NCBI GenBank assembly: GCA_000165425.1
Contig: CT868174.1
Location: forward strand, 186,001 to 250,000
Direction: 5' to 3'
Origin: Paramecium tetraurelia
Lineage: Eukaryota
DNA: 64,000 nt
Positions 1 to 12,658 of the stretch are shown here, in pieces. The first letter of the stretch is position 1. Each line of letters starts with the position of its first letter. The position numbers and the translations under genes are program-made. A model generated the notes under the pieces. That model ran no database searches. It worked only from the letters and a program-made list of their open reading frames with translations, and was not told the DNA's origin.

Positions 1-965
1 ACTTTATCTGTTCATTTATTTATTAAATTAATGTTAAATAGCTCGTTATATTTAACAAGATGGAGAAAAAAATAGATTAGAGTTATCAATTTAAATTATC
101 AAACCAAACGAAATGGAGATATAATCAAGGGCAAACAAGTCATCGATATGCTTTTAAAACTCAATTTATTAATGACTTTATTAAATTATAGAAACATTAT
201 AAATGTAGACAGAAAGACAGATTATTGTTATTTTATTTTAAACTCTGAATTGATTGGAGTTGTGTAATGTCCTAAATCTATCAATGTTCTCCTCTAAATA
301 CTAGTGATATTCAATATTTGCAAAGAAATTTTATTCACTAATTAATGTGACTATTTGGTTATTTAATTTTAATTCAGACTTTACTTTTAAGTCATTCACA
401 AACTTATAAATATGTCTATTATTAAACATCTTTGAATGAAAATTATGAATTTCATTAAATGGTGAAATATGTAGGATAAGTATGATCAAACTGAATGTTG
501 CAATACTTAGAGAGATAAAAGTGACACAGATTCTCTATCGATGAGATTTCAATATTCTACTCTCAATATTATAGATGAGTTTGTTCGATTAAATGCTAAT
601 TTCTGACAGAGTTAAAATCTCACTTTTGAATATTTGCCTTATGAAATTTAAATATTTATAAAGATATTAATTAATTAAATTTTATTTCAATATTATCATC
701 TAATCTATACCCATAATCCTAATTCTAAACTCTATTATTAAAGGATGCAGTTATTCATTAGTCATATGTTGTCATATTATAAATGACTTTACAGGAAAAT
801 ACATATTAAGTATTTTTTCGATATTTTTCCAATAATCTGAATACTTCTTGAAGACCTTGAGATTGCATCAATATAGATAAGTTTTTTGTATTCATATCGA
901 TATCGAAGGTTTGATTGATTAACATTGTAAAAGTAATTTCGTTGTAAAATAATTCATAATTAAAA

Positions 966-3900
966 ATGAGCAGAGTAAATCTCATTGAAAAGAACTCTGA
1001 TTCTGAGTTAGTTCGCTAAGGGGAGGACGGAGACTTCAAAAATCTGTTTAAACTTGACAATATTCGAGAAGGGGCTTCTTTAGGACTCGTATAATAATTG
1101 GGAGGAGAACAAGGATTGGCAAAAATATTTCAAGTAGATTTGAAGGTACTATTTATTTTTGCAAGTCTAGCGTGGTGTACAAGACGAAGAATAAGCAAGC
1201 ACGCTGAGAAATAGATACGGAGCTAATTTACCTATTGTAAAAGAGTTAACACCTTTATGGAAATTAATTGTAGAGTGTTTGGGTGATACAATGTTGTAGA
1301 TTTTAATTGTAGCAGCAATTGTATCGACAATTTTGGGGATAATCGAAGGTGAAGGTGGATGGTATGAAGGGTAAATTTAGAATTTGATTAGTTAGCTTAA
1401 CTATATTTTTGGCAATCTTCTTGATCATCGGAATTACAGCAGGCAACAACTATGCAAAGGAGAGACAATTTGCTAAATTATAATCAAAGCTGGATGAGGG
1501 AAACGTGTAAGTAAAGAGAGGTGGAAGTGTAATAACAATTAGCAATAAGGATATTGTGGTTGGTGACGTCTTATTATTTTAACTTGGAGATATTTTCAAT
1601 GTAGATGGTGAGTATAACATTTGATTTTAGGACTGTATTTGAGTGGCAGCGAAGTGAAGATAGATGAATCCGCAATGACAGGGGAGTCTGATGAAATGCT
1701 GAAGGCATCACTTGATGTATGTTTGAAGGACTAAAAAGGAAAATCACCATTTTTGATGTCAGGAACCAAGGTTAATGAAGGAACAGGAGTAATGTTGGTG
1801 TTGTAAGGTAATGCGATCAAAAATTGAATTATTTTTAGTGGGTGAGAAGACAGTGCAGAATGAAATGAAGAGATTAGGTGAAAGTGACAGTACACCGACT
1901 CCTTTGCAAGTAAAATTAGAAGCAGTGGCAGAAACTATAGGTAAGGTAGGTGTAATTGTGGCAATATTAACATTCGTTATTCTGTTGGTTCGACTATTCA
2001 TAGAATATGCACAGAATGATGAATAGACATTTTGGGAATAATTTTGGCATCTGGATTGTCTCCAAAGAATACTCAAATTTTTCATGATCGGTGTTACTAT
2101 TATCGTTGTGGCTGTTCCAGAGGGTCTACCTTTGGCTGTTACTATTACCTTGGCCTTTTCGGTGAACAAAATGAAAGATGAATAAAATTTAGTTAAGACT
2201 CTTGCCTCTTGTGAAATTATGGGAGGAGTCAACAATATTTGTAGTGATAAAACTGGTACTCTGACAATGAATACGATGCAAGTCAGTTCATTTTTTGGTT
2301 AAGGTTCTAATTATAAGGATTATCAATTACCATAAATCAAAGAATTATAGAAAGATTATTTAGATCTCTTGGCTGCCAGCAATCTCTATAATTCAAATGC
2401 ATATCCAAAAAGAGGAATTAATGGAAAGTTTGAATAGATAGGAAACAAAACAGAATGTGCTTTGATAGAGTTTTGCGATATGTTAGGTTATTAGCTTTCG
2501 AGTTATAGACCATCAGATAATATCTTAAGAGTGATTCCTCTAAATTCAAAGAGAAAGATGATGATTACAATTGTCAACCATAATAACAAGATATATTTAT
2601 TCAGCAAAGGTGCTCCTGAAATGGTATTGAAAAAATGCACTAAATTTATTAATTCAAATGGAGATGAAGTCCAATTGACACCTTAGGATGCAAAGAACAT
2701 GTTGACAATAATTGAAGATTATGCTGGTTAGGCACTTAGAACATTAGGAAATGCTTACAAAATATTAAATTACCATCTCGAATATGATTTCGAATCTATT
2801 CCAGAAGAATATCTTTTAAATGATTTGACTTTAATAAATATAGCTGGAATCAAAGATCCTGTTAGACCTGACGTACCAAGTGCTATTTAATAGTGTTATA
2901 GATCAGGAATAATAGTAAGAATGGTAACAGGTGATAACATTAATACAGCCAAAGCTATTGCAAGAGATTGCAAAATTCTAGGACCAGATAGTGACTTACA
3001 TGAATATGAAGCCATGGAAGGATCCTAATTTAGGTAATTGACTGGCGGTTTGAATAAAGTAGTTAAGGATGGAGTTGAAGTACAAGAAGTCAAGAATCTC
3101 TTAAAATTTTAAGAAATTGCTGTTCACTTGAAGGTATTGGCAAGAGCAACACCTGAGGATAAATTTATATTGGCAACAGGATTGAAATAACTAGATAATG
3201 TGATTGCAGTGACTGGAGATGGAACTAATGATGCTCCTGCTTTAAGGAAGGCAGATGTTGGATTTGCTATGGGTATCACAGGTACAGATGTTTGTAAAGA
3301 TGCTGCCGACATCATATTATTAGATGACATTTTAGTTCCATAATCACTGCATGCAAATGGGGAAGAAATATCTATAATTGTATTCGTAAATTCATCTAAT
3401 TTTAATTGACCTGTCAATGTTGTGGCTCTATTTATGAGTGTGCTTGGAGCAGCTGTTACCAAGGAAGCTCCTTTGACAAGTATTCAAATGCTGTGGGTGA
3501 ATCTAATCATGGACACTTTTGCATCATTAGCATTGGCAACTGAACCACCCAGTGATAGACTATTAAATAGGAAACCTTATGGTAAAAGAGAGAGCATTGT
3601 CAATTCAATTATGTACAGAACAGTTATTGGAGCCAGTATATATTAGATTGCTATTTTGTGTCTAATCTTGTTTATTCCAAATAGAGTATTTGAGTTTGAT
3701 GACTCCTTGGATGAGGAATATGAAGGCAGACCAATATAAAGATTAACAATGTTCTTTTAAACATTTGTTTTAATGTAAATTTGCAATTCGATCAGTTGCA
3801 GAAAATTAGATGAAGTATCTCTTAATCCTTTTAGTGGATTATTCAACAATTCCTTATTTTGGTTGATAAATTTAATTGAAGTAGGAGTGCAATATCTACT

Positions 3901-4198
3901 GATTCTATTTGGAGATAAATTTGCAGTTGTCTGTGAATTAACTGTGTGGTAACATATATTCTGTTGGATATTTGCATTGGGTGGCATGATTGTAGCAATA
4001 TTTGTAAGGACTCTTCCTTCGAAATGGTTTAATGGCATCAATATCTTTGCTGAGGAAGGCATTGAAGAGGAGAATTTAGATGAAACAATTGCCAGTAAAT
4101 TACGTCGTAAGAGTAGTATCAGAATTGGATCAGTGTATGATGAGAACCATGAGAATAAAAGATCAGTATAAAAGAGATTGTCAGTCTTTAAAGAATGA
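966..4198 (+). CDS. PMCA: Plasma-membrane Ca2+-ATPase (P2B/PMCA family); as assembled it carries a compensating -1/+1 frameshift pair at ~3329 and ~3411
   Basis: Table-6 translation gives [30 protein letters not shown] (phosphorylated Asp), [45 protein letters not shown]. Introns at 1146-1170, 1371-1395, 1608-1630, 1808-1838. Stop TGA 4196-4198. Confidence 0.95.
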
Positions 4199-4225
4199 TT
4201 TATTATAAAAATAACATTGTTCTAT

Positions 4226-6584
4226 TCACATTTTAACCTTCTTTCTTTATTCGAATCTTGCCTTATATATTTAATGTTTTTCCAACTTCTACTTTTCCTC
4301 CAACTCTTTTTGCTTCTCCTATTCCTATATTTTCTTTTGTCTTCTTTCATGCACAGCATCTCTTCCTCTTTATTGGAATTCAATTCTAGCCAGTTTGAAT
4401 AAATCAACCTAAAATCAATATTCATTTCATACCTTCACCATGTTTGAAAAGTAAGGTTTAACCCATTCTATATTGATTTCACTGATTAGTTTCATCACTC
4501 CCCTCACTTAGGATGTGCCTCCCAATTCAGTAAATATCACAGTCTCAGGATATTGTTGAATTACTGTATATACACTCTGAGGATCTGTATCCACAACTGT
4601 ACCTTCAGGATATACCATCAAATAGGTATCCTCACCATTATGCATCTTACGAGCAGTATTAAAATAAAATCCAGAACATAATGATAATTTAATACTCTCA
4701 TTTATATTCCACTTCTTTGAATCCTTCTATTTTCTAAACAACTTATAAAGGTAATCCTATTCGTAAAACTGTAAACATTTCTTTCTACTAGTGCCTTCAA
4801 CTAATTATTATAACTATTATCGAATATTGTCAGACTATTTCAAAGACCTTAAATTCAAAAGAGTATCCTTAGCAAATTATTCGTTGAACACAGCCTATTT
4901 CCATTCTGAGAATACTTTCAATAAACTTAAGTGATCTCCTGCAGGATCAGCATGTTGTGATTGAATTTCTTATAGCTTTTAATACCCATCAACATCTACT
5001 CTGGTAATTCTCTACCAAATGCTTTCTGTAGACAAAATAGCCACAATAGCACTCATTTCACTTGAACATTCCATCATTTTTGAGGTTATCAATGCTTTTG
5101 CATAACTTGGTTCCAACGGATATCTAGACATTTCATAACCCATGGGAGTGATATATCCATCCTCATCAATTGCTTATATTAGATATAATTATCTCAAAGA
5201 TTATAGAATAGCTTCTTGAGTGGGTTGTTCCATAAATTCAAATCTCACTACATCATCTATTCCCATAGATTTAAGTAGTAACATCACTGATGCTAAATTA
5301 ACTCTCATGATTTCGGCTGTTGTGTGTTCTGAAAGTGATTCATAAAACTATTTAGAAAATAATCTATAACACTTTCCAGCTTGTGTTCTACCTGCTCTAC
5401 CTGTTCTTTAAATGGCTTGAGTCTTAGATATAGGTTAAATGATGAGAGAGTCCATGCCAGTCCTTGGATTATACACTTTTTATTTAACATAACCAGTATC
5501 TACCACAAATCCAATATTATCAATAGTCAAAGAAGTTTCAGCTATGTTTGTACAAAATATAATTTTTCTAGTATGTTCATCAGCTCTTTAAAATACTTGA
5601 CTCTGATCTTCAGAAGTCTGACTACCATACAATGTGTATAATAACACACTTGGGACTTCAACTCCTGAGTTTAATACTTCTGCTAATCTCTCATAACAAA
5701 ATTTTCTGCAAACTTCACAATCCTCACTTCCAGGTAGAAATACCAAGATATCTCCTGGACCTTCATGCAAATGCATTCTGATGGCAGCATTCACAGCATC
5801 ATGATTTCTTTTTTATTAAGTGATATTATGCTCAGAATATTTCACTTCAACAGGAAATGACTTACCATGTACTTTGACATAGGGACATCCTTCAAAATAG
5901 CTCTTAAAGATGTTGATATTAAGTGTTGCAGATGTTATGATAACTTTTAAACTTCCCTTCCTTCTCCTTGCAGCCGTCTTCACCAAGGCAAATAACACAT
6001 CTGTATAAAGAGATCTCTCATGAGCCTCATCCAAAATTACAACATCATATCCTCTTAGATCCTTATCCTACAAACATTCTCTCACCAATATACCATCAGT
6101 CACATATCTTAATTAAGTAGTATTCGTAGTTGAATTGTCAAACCTTATAGAATATCCGACTTCTATGCCTAGGTTTTGCTATTAATTGATATATAAGATA
6201 TAATGATACATTTCTCTCAAATGCTACTCTTTTGGCCATCGAAATGGCAGCCATTCTCCTGGGTTATGTTACTACTATCTTTAAATCGGTTGAGTTTTTT
6301 CTATCCTCTGGAATAAAAGGTTTTTGCTTCTTAGACAAGAATCCTTACACTTTAGTTTGTTCTTTCTCTTCCACTTATTCCTCCAAGAACTTTTTCCTCC
6401 TTTCACAAATGTTCAATCTGAACTCTTCATCATCCAGAAGATACTGAGGCAATTATGTTGATTTACCTGAACCTGTATCACCAGTTATGATTATAAAGGT
6501 ATTTTCCAAAACCTACTTCAAAATCTCTGATTTGAATTCATTTATTGGTAAAGTTGCTCTAAATTATTGAATTTCTTAACTCAT
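4226..6584 (-). CDS. DEAH-box ATP-dependent RNA helicase (Prp16/Prp22/Prp43/DHX40-like)
   Basis: MSQEIQQFRATLPI..., [58 protein letters not shown], followed by HA2/OB-fold-type region. Introns 6179-6209 and 4409-4432. Stop TGA at 4226-4228 (minus). Confidence 0.92.
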
Positions 6585-6591
6585 TTAATTA

Positions 6592-8261
6592 ATGAATACA
6601 AAAATCCAAGAAAAAATATCAAATCCAAACTTCATTCAAAATACATTCCCTCTTAATGTTAAAGAATTAAGCGAGAACAGTCCATATAGAGCCATGAACT
6701 TTAGTTTTAATTTCATATATATAATTAGTCAATGGGATTTGGAAATGTGCTTCTAATTATCTAGAAATATTGGATCCACTTAATGGTGATAAGTTCATTC
6801 TTGTTCCAAACAATTTGGTACTTCAATATTCTTAATATTTTAGACTGAAGAAGAAATTAATGAATATAGAGACGCTGCCATATAGTGTCCCAAATCCGGT
6901 CTTCACAATCCACTCAAAAATCCTGATAGATATAATCTATACGGAGAAATCTTTCACAGAGTTTCATTTCTTTTAGGATTGCCCTAAGTCGAAGATTATT
7001 TTGTCCATCTCATCCAAAGAGTTGCTCCAAAAAGTGACATCCAAGCAAGAGGAGAAGTTAAAGTCACTCAAAGATTCCTAATGAATTTCTCTGGCGATCA
7101 ATGTCGTTTCCTTACTAGATCTTTTAATGTAAGTGGCGATGTACAAGGATAACAATCAAGTGGATATAGATTCCCATATGGACATGTTGCCATTATTGCT
7201 CCTTTTAATTTCCCTCTTGAAATACCTGCACTCTAAATGATGGGAGCTCTACTTGCTGGAAATAGATTGACCATCAAAGGAGATCAAAGAGTATCAGTTG
7301 TTTTGGAAATGTTTCTAAGATTGCTTCATTTGGCTGGATTGCCTCCAACAGATTGTGATTTGATTCATTGTGATGGGCCCTAAATGGAATCATTGCTTAA
7401 GAAATCCAATTTTAGATTATTGCAATTTACAGGCTCATCTGGTATTGCTGAAAGATTATGCAATGTTATGAATGGAAAGATTAAAATTGAAGACGCAGGA
7501 TTTGATTGGAAAATACTTGGACCAGATGTCATTGAATTTGATTATGTTGCCTATCAAAGTGACCAAGATGCTTATGCATTCAGTGGCCAAAAATGCAGTG
7601 CTTAATCAATATTATTTGCACATAAAAATTGGTATTTCTTCATCATTATCTAAGGGTTCAAGCTGGAATTCTCGATAAAATTAAACTATTGGCAGAGTAG
7701 AGAAGTCTTCAAAATTTAACTATTTGTCCTATTCTTACTTGGAACAATCAGAGAATACAAACTCATCTTGATAAACTTTTGGCCATTTAAGGAGCTAAAG
7801 TTCTTTTTGGTGGAAAACCTATTAATGAATAACATAAAATACCAGAATGTTACGGTTCCTACCTACCTACAGCTGTCTATATTCCTTTATAATAAATCAA
7901 AGAGAATTTTGAGTTAGTTACAACAGAAGTATTTGGACCATTTTAAGTTGTTACAGAGTATGAGAATGAAGATCATGTAATTGAGATACTTGAAAATATA
8001 CCTCATAATCTGACAGCTGGTGTAGTGTCTAACGATATTAGATTTGTTCAAAAGATATTAGCTAATACAATCAATGGAGTTACATATGCAGGTATCAAAG
8101 CTAGAACTACAGGTGCTCCTTAAAATCATTGGTTTGGACCTTGTGGAGATCCAAGAGGTACTGGTATCGGTTCACCAGAAGCTATTGTCTAAACTTGGAC
8201 CACTCATAGAGAAATCATTATGGATATTGGAACAACTCCAAAAAGTTTAACATAAAGTTGA
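6592..8261 (+). CDS. ALDH12: Delta-1-pyrroline-5-carboxylate / glutamate semialdehyde dehydrogenase, plant-type ALDH12 family
   Basis: LDPLNGDKFI, CPKSGLHNPLKNPDRY, IIAPFNFPLEIP, FTGSS, KIEDAGFDWKILGPD, AYAFSGQKCSAQS (catalytic Cys), EVFGPFQ, RTTGAPQNHWFGP. Introns 6704-6728, 6818-6843, 7632-7654. First in-frame ATG is 6592; alternative ATG at 6694. Confidence 0.88.
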
Positions 8262-9078
8262 AATTGTTTGTTTATTAAATAAATAAAAATATCGAAATAT
8301 TCCTTTTTATCATAATATTTATTATTATAAGAAGAACAATAGCAAAGAAGTATGAGAAAAATTGTTCTTAATTAAATTTTTTAAGCAAATATTTAAACTT
8401 CATATATTACTCGCATTTGTTGTCTATCAAATCTATAAAATACAAATTGTATAACTTCATTTAATAGAATAATGATATTATTTACTCAAAGTTAATTTAC
8501 AATATGAATATCTAATAATTTCTGATAATCTAATAAACAAATTGATTTTATATTAAACATTATTTGAGGCTGAGAGAAAAAATCTATCAATTTCTTTGAA
8601 ACAGGCTATCTGTAGTAAAAGGCAATCATTTTGAAAAATATTATTGAGAAATCTCCATTAATTTATAATATTTCATCATAATGCAGATGCACTACTTATT
8701 AATTTTTTGTATGATTTTATAAAAGTTTAATAAACAAAATTAAATAGTTTTCAATGGTGCAATTAAATACATTAAAAATAAAAGATCTAAATGCTCGAGT
8801 TTTCTGATTGTAAATGATCTGAACAAGGTAAAAGGGAGTGATATTCCTATATGAAAGTAAATTATTAATCATTTTATGAACAATTTCACAATTATTTTAG
8901 AGTATATATTGTGATAAATATAGAATTTATTATGAATATTAATGTTAAAAAACGCTGTTTTTTGATCAAAATTTCTCAGGAGAAATTCTGAAGTGTAGAA
9001 GTTAATAATTTTATCGATTTTTTTGAATATATACACAAATATTGAAATATAATATCATCATTATTTAACTTTCTATAA

Positions 9079-9692
9079 TCATATAAAATATCTTTTTTTG
9101 TTTGGTACAATTTAAAATTCTTTAGGCAATTTTTTATTTCTTACACTTTATTAGCTTTGAATATCTTATTGGCAAAATGTAAAACAAAATGGTGTGCAGA
9201 CTCCATCGTTTAAACTAAGTTTGAATTAAGAGAAATAACTACTTATCGATCTCTAAAGAGCTTTTAGCTTATTAAATCTAAGGAAGTTTTTAAGATTTGA
9301 TTTCAGTGCTCCTTTCTGTGTTTATTACAGATCTTCTCTTTGGGGAATGTTTTTTACTTAAGAAATTTATCAAGTAATCCTTGTCTTGGTTCTGTTTTTA
9401 TAATTCAATATTTTCTTAGAGCAAATATTGAATTAATTGTGAATGTTCTTCTGAACTTTTGGAGGCATTCGACTTTGATTCCTTGTAGGGGTAGTTTTAT
9501 TTGGAAGACGATGATGTACAACTGGTGGTCTAAATGAATTATTATAGTTATATTTACATTTATTGAAGAGACTGTCTTCTGAGAGCATTTGGAGCTGGGA
9601 GGAATAATAGTCTTCTCCTTTGCCAATGTATCCAAAGTCTTCTTGTTTAATTATAGCTTTAAAGATGGCTTCTTTGTAATTTGAGATGACAT
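9079..9692 (-). CDS. Hypothetical protein (Ser/Lys-rich, short coiled coil)
   Basis: MSSQITKKPSLKLQLNKKTLD... stays open to ...KKRYFI-TGA after removing two 28-nt GT..AG introns. No recognisable domain. Confidence 0.65.
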
Positions 9693-11225
9693 TCGTTGTG
9701 ATGATGTAAGTGAAAACTGAGAAGAAAGAGGAATTAATATAATAAATATTAAATATCCATTTAATAAAAGTTCGATTAAATTTTAAACTGGAATTATTCA
9801 AATTGTTAAGACTAAGCCGAATAAAAATCCCTAAAAATTTAATTTCAGAGTATTCCTGAGAATACATCCATAAATATACCCTCAGTATCCCAATACAAGT
9901 TTGATAAATAAATTATCTCATTCCTTATTGTCTATTAGAGTTTCTTGAGTATTAAGACATCCTCCAGTTTTAGTTATTCTAGCACTTAAGATCATAGTAT
10001 TTCTTTATAACTATAATTATTGGAATATATTCTAAATTTAGAAGAGAAGCATTTAAAAATTCAAAATAATAAATTACTAATAGAATATTTAATTAAATTA
10101 CTAGACCAAATTAAACAAGATCACTCTTATGAATTGAAAACATGAATTTCTAAAAATATTAACTCATAAATTCCTTAAAGTTACTTGAAAATCATAGTTC
10201 CAATTAACTTTAGAAAAATCATTTAGTAAAAAAGGATAAAACAATTGGTATAAACACCAGAAAACCATATTATTATGATAGTGATAAAATATATATAATA
10301 AAGTGGAACCTTTTTGAAATTAAAGTATAATTAGTTGATTACAGAACTTAAAATAATTTTTTAAGGCATCGAGCAAACTCATAAAATTATAACTACTACA
10401 AGCAGATCAAAAATGAATTTCAACTAATTTATCTGACCTTAAGACTAGCATAAGTATGTGATACACCTAAAATATTGCTAGCATTATTATTCAAAAAATT
10501 ATGTAATCAATCAGTAAATGAATATGACTAATTTTAATGATTTAAAATCCTCTTTTTTTTGAACTTATATAACACTTCCAAAAAATAAATTATTTGTATT
10601 CCTTCTTAAATTTTTATAATAAAATCATCAAGATTAATTTAGAAGTATAATTTATCTATTTCATAAGGTGTTTTATTGATCATATTATTAATTCAAGTAA
10701 TCCTAAATTTCTTCATTTATAACGTGAATATTTAAGAATTTCAATTCCCTTTTACATCAGTCTGATAAGCAATGTGCAAAAATAAGATTGAAGTTTAACA
10801 AAACTCTAATATCATATAGATATCCATTTATATTTATTAATAAATGTAATTAATATTCTATTTCATCTTATTAATGTTAAATATGCTTATATTCTTTTAG
10901 TTTATGTAAATTAGTTTCTAATTTTAACGATCGTATTAATAAAATGTAAATTTAGCTTACCAAACAGAACAAATAAATTGGTACGTTATTATCTATTAGG
11001 AAAATTTTAATACAATAATTAGTATTCAAATTTTATAGTATTCATCAAATAAGTTAATTATCATTAATTTTCGTACTTTAGTGACTGATTAGAAAGTTTA
11101 GCGATAATTTTTCTCTAAAGAAGTTGAATAAAAGAATACAATCAAAGTTTTAACTGAACCAAAGATTAAAATCCCTATTTAAGTGCAGAGTGAATAACCA
11201 AATGCATTATATATTTTTAATGTAA

Positions 11226-12308
11226 ATGAAACTAATTAAATAATAATCTGCTTCAGCTTTAAAACCTAGAGAAAAAAAAACAACACAAGCTTTAAACTAA
11301 CCAGTTATATACCCTGTTGATGGCTATAAATTATTAAATGAATTATCTATAGGAGGATTTGGTTGTGTTTATAAAGCAATTGAAATGAAAACAAATAGGC
11401 CTGTGGCCATTAAATACTCAAAAGAAAACATGGAAAAGGAATATAGGATTTTGAATTAATTACAGAATTGCCAAGGAGTTCCTTAAGTCTATAATTTTGG
11501 GCAATTAAATAATACCTATTACATTGTAATGGAGCTCTTAAATGAAGATATGTACACTATTTCATCTAAATAAAAATGTTTCTCAATAAAAACAACCATC
11601 TTGATTGCTATTAAAATAATTCAAGTTTTAAGTTAAATTCATAAAAATGGTATTCGTCATAGAGATATCAAGCCATAAAATTTGATGACTAAATATTCTG
11701 GTATTCACAATGTATGATTAAGATTCAACTATATATTTAATCGATTTTGGGATTTCGCTACTTCAAAATGATCCTTTACCTGATAAATACGTTGATGGCA
11801 CAATTCTATATGATCCTCGCATAGTGCACAGACGTTAAGAATATCGTTTCATAGATGATATAGAAATGGCAGGTTATTGTTTAGTTGATTTATTGAAAGG
11901 TAAAATTGTCATTAATATGTAGGTTAATTGCCATGGTATAAATATATCGAGGGTAGAGAATCTCGAATAATGTAGATGAAGCAAGAATTTCTGGATGCTA
12001 AATCAACGAATTAGCTCCCAATATATCCTATATTTTAATTTGTGGAGTAAAATCAGAATAATGATATACCAGATCACAACAAACTAATTACTTAGTTAAG
12101 AGAAGTCTTATAAAAGTAGAATATAATTGAAGATTACATATATGATTGGTCTTCTAATGAATTAATACCAACTCCTTAATTCAAAGCCAGGACAGTAAGT
12201 TTCCAAAGTTAAAAAAGCAAATTTTAACCAGAGAACTAAGAATAAAATATAGCTTTAGAAGGGTAAATATAATTTGTTAATGATTAAAAATATAAATTTA
12301 TGAAATGA
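11226..12308 (+). CDS. Divergent casein kinase 1-like Ser/Thr protein kinase (5' end uncertain)
   Basis: SIGGFGCVY, VAIK, EKEYRIL, YIVMELL, HRDIKPQN, IYLIDFG, DDIEM, GQLPW, YIYDW. Introns 11701-11722 and ~11900-11922. Upstream exon-like fragments from ~10944 do not join cleanly. Confidence 0.8.
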
Positions 12309-12658
12309 CTTATTTTCTAATTATTGTAAAATATCACTGTTTGAAAGGTAAGTTAAAATATTTTTGTATTATTATTAAAGGATTGAATATTATAATATTG
12401 AATGCTGATTAATTTTATCTTTGTTTCTTTGATCAAAACAAAATGTGTTAGAAAGTAACGAAACTAAATATTAGTTTATAATCTAGTATTATCTTTCTAT
12501 CTTAAATATCAAACAACTGGGAATTTATTTATCAATTTCTATTAAATATATGAATTTATATAATGGTCTAGAATTGTTAAACGATTTTAAGATTTATATA
12601 ATATTGACAACACTTTGTTTAGTTAACTTTGATATTAGAGTATATTATAAATATAAAA

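Noticed and set aside
1..965. Open frames at ~60-435 upstream of PMCA
   Set aside because: With TGA as the only stop, open frames of this length arise by chance in AT-rich DNA; no motif or convincing gene structure.
3407..3409. TGA as selenocysteine/readthrough or Euplotes-type programmed frameshift
   Set aside because: The TGA lies in the non-conserved frame of the shifted segment, there is no AAA-stop slippery site, and the code here is UAR=Gln rather than the Euplotes code.
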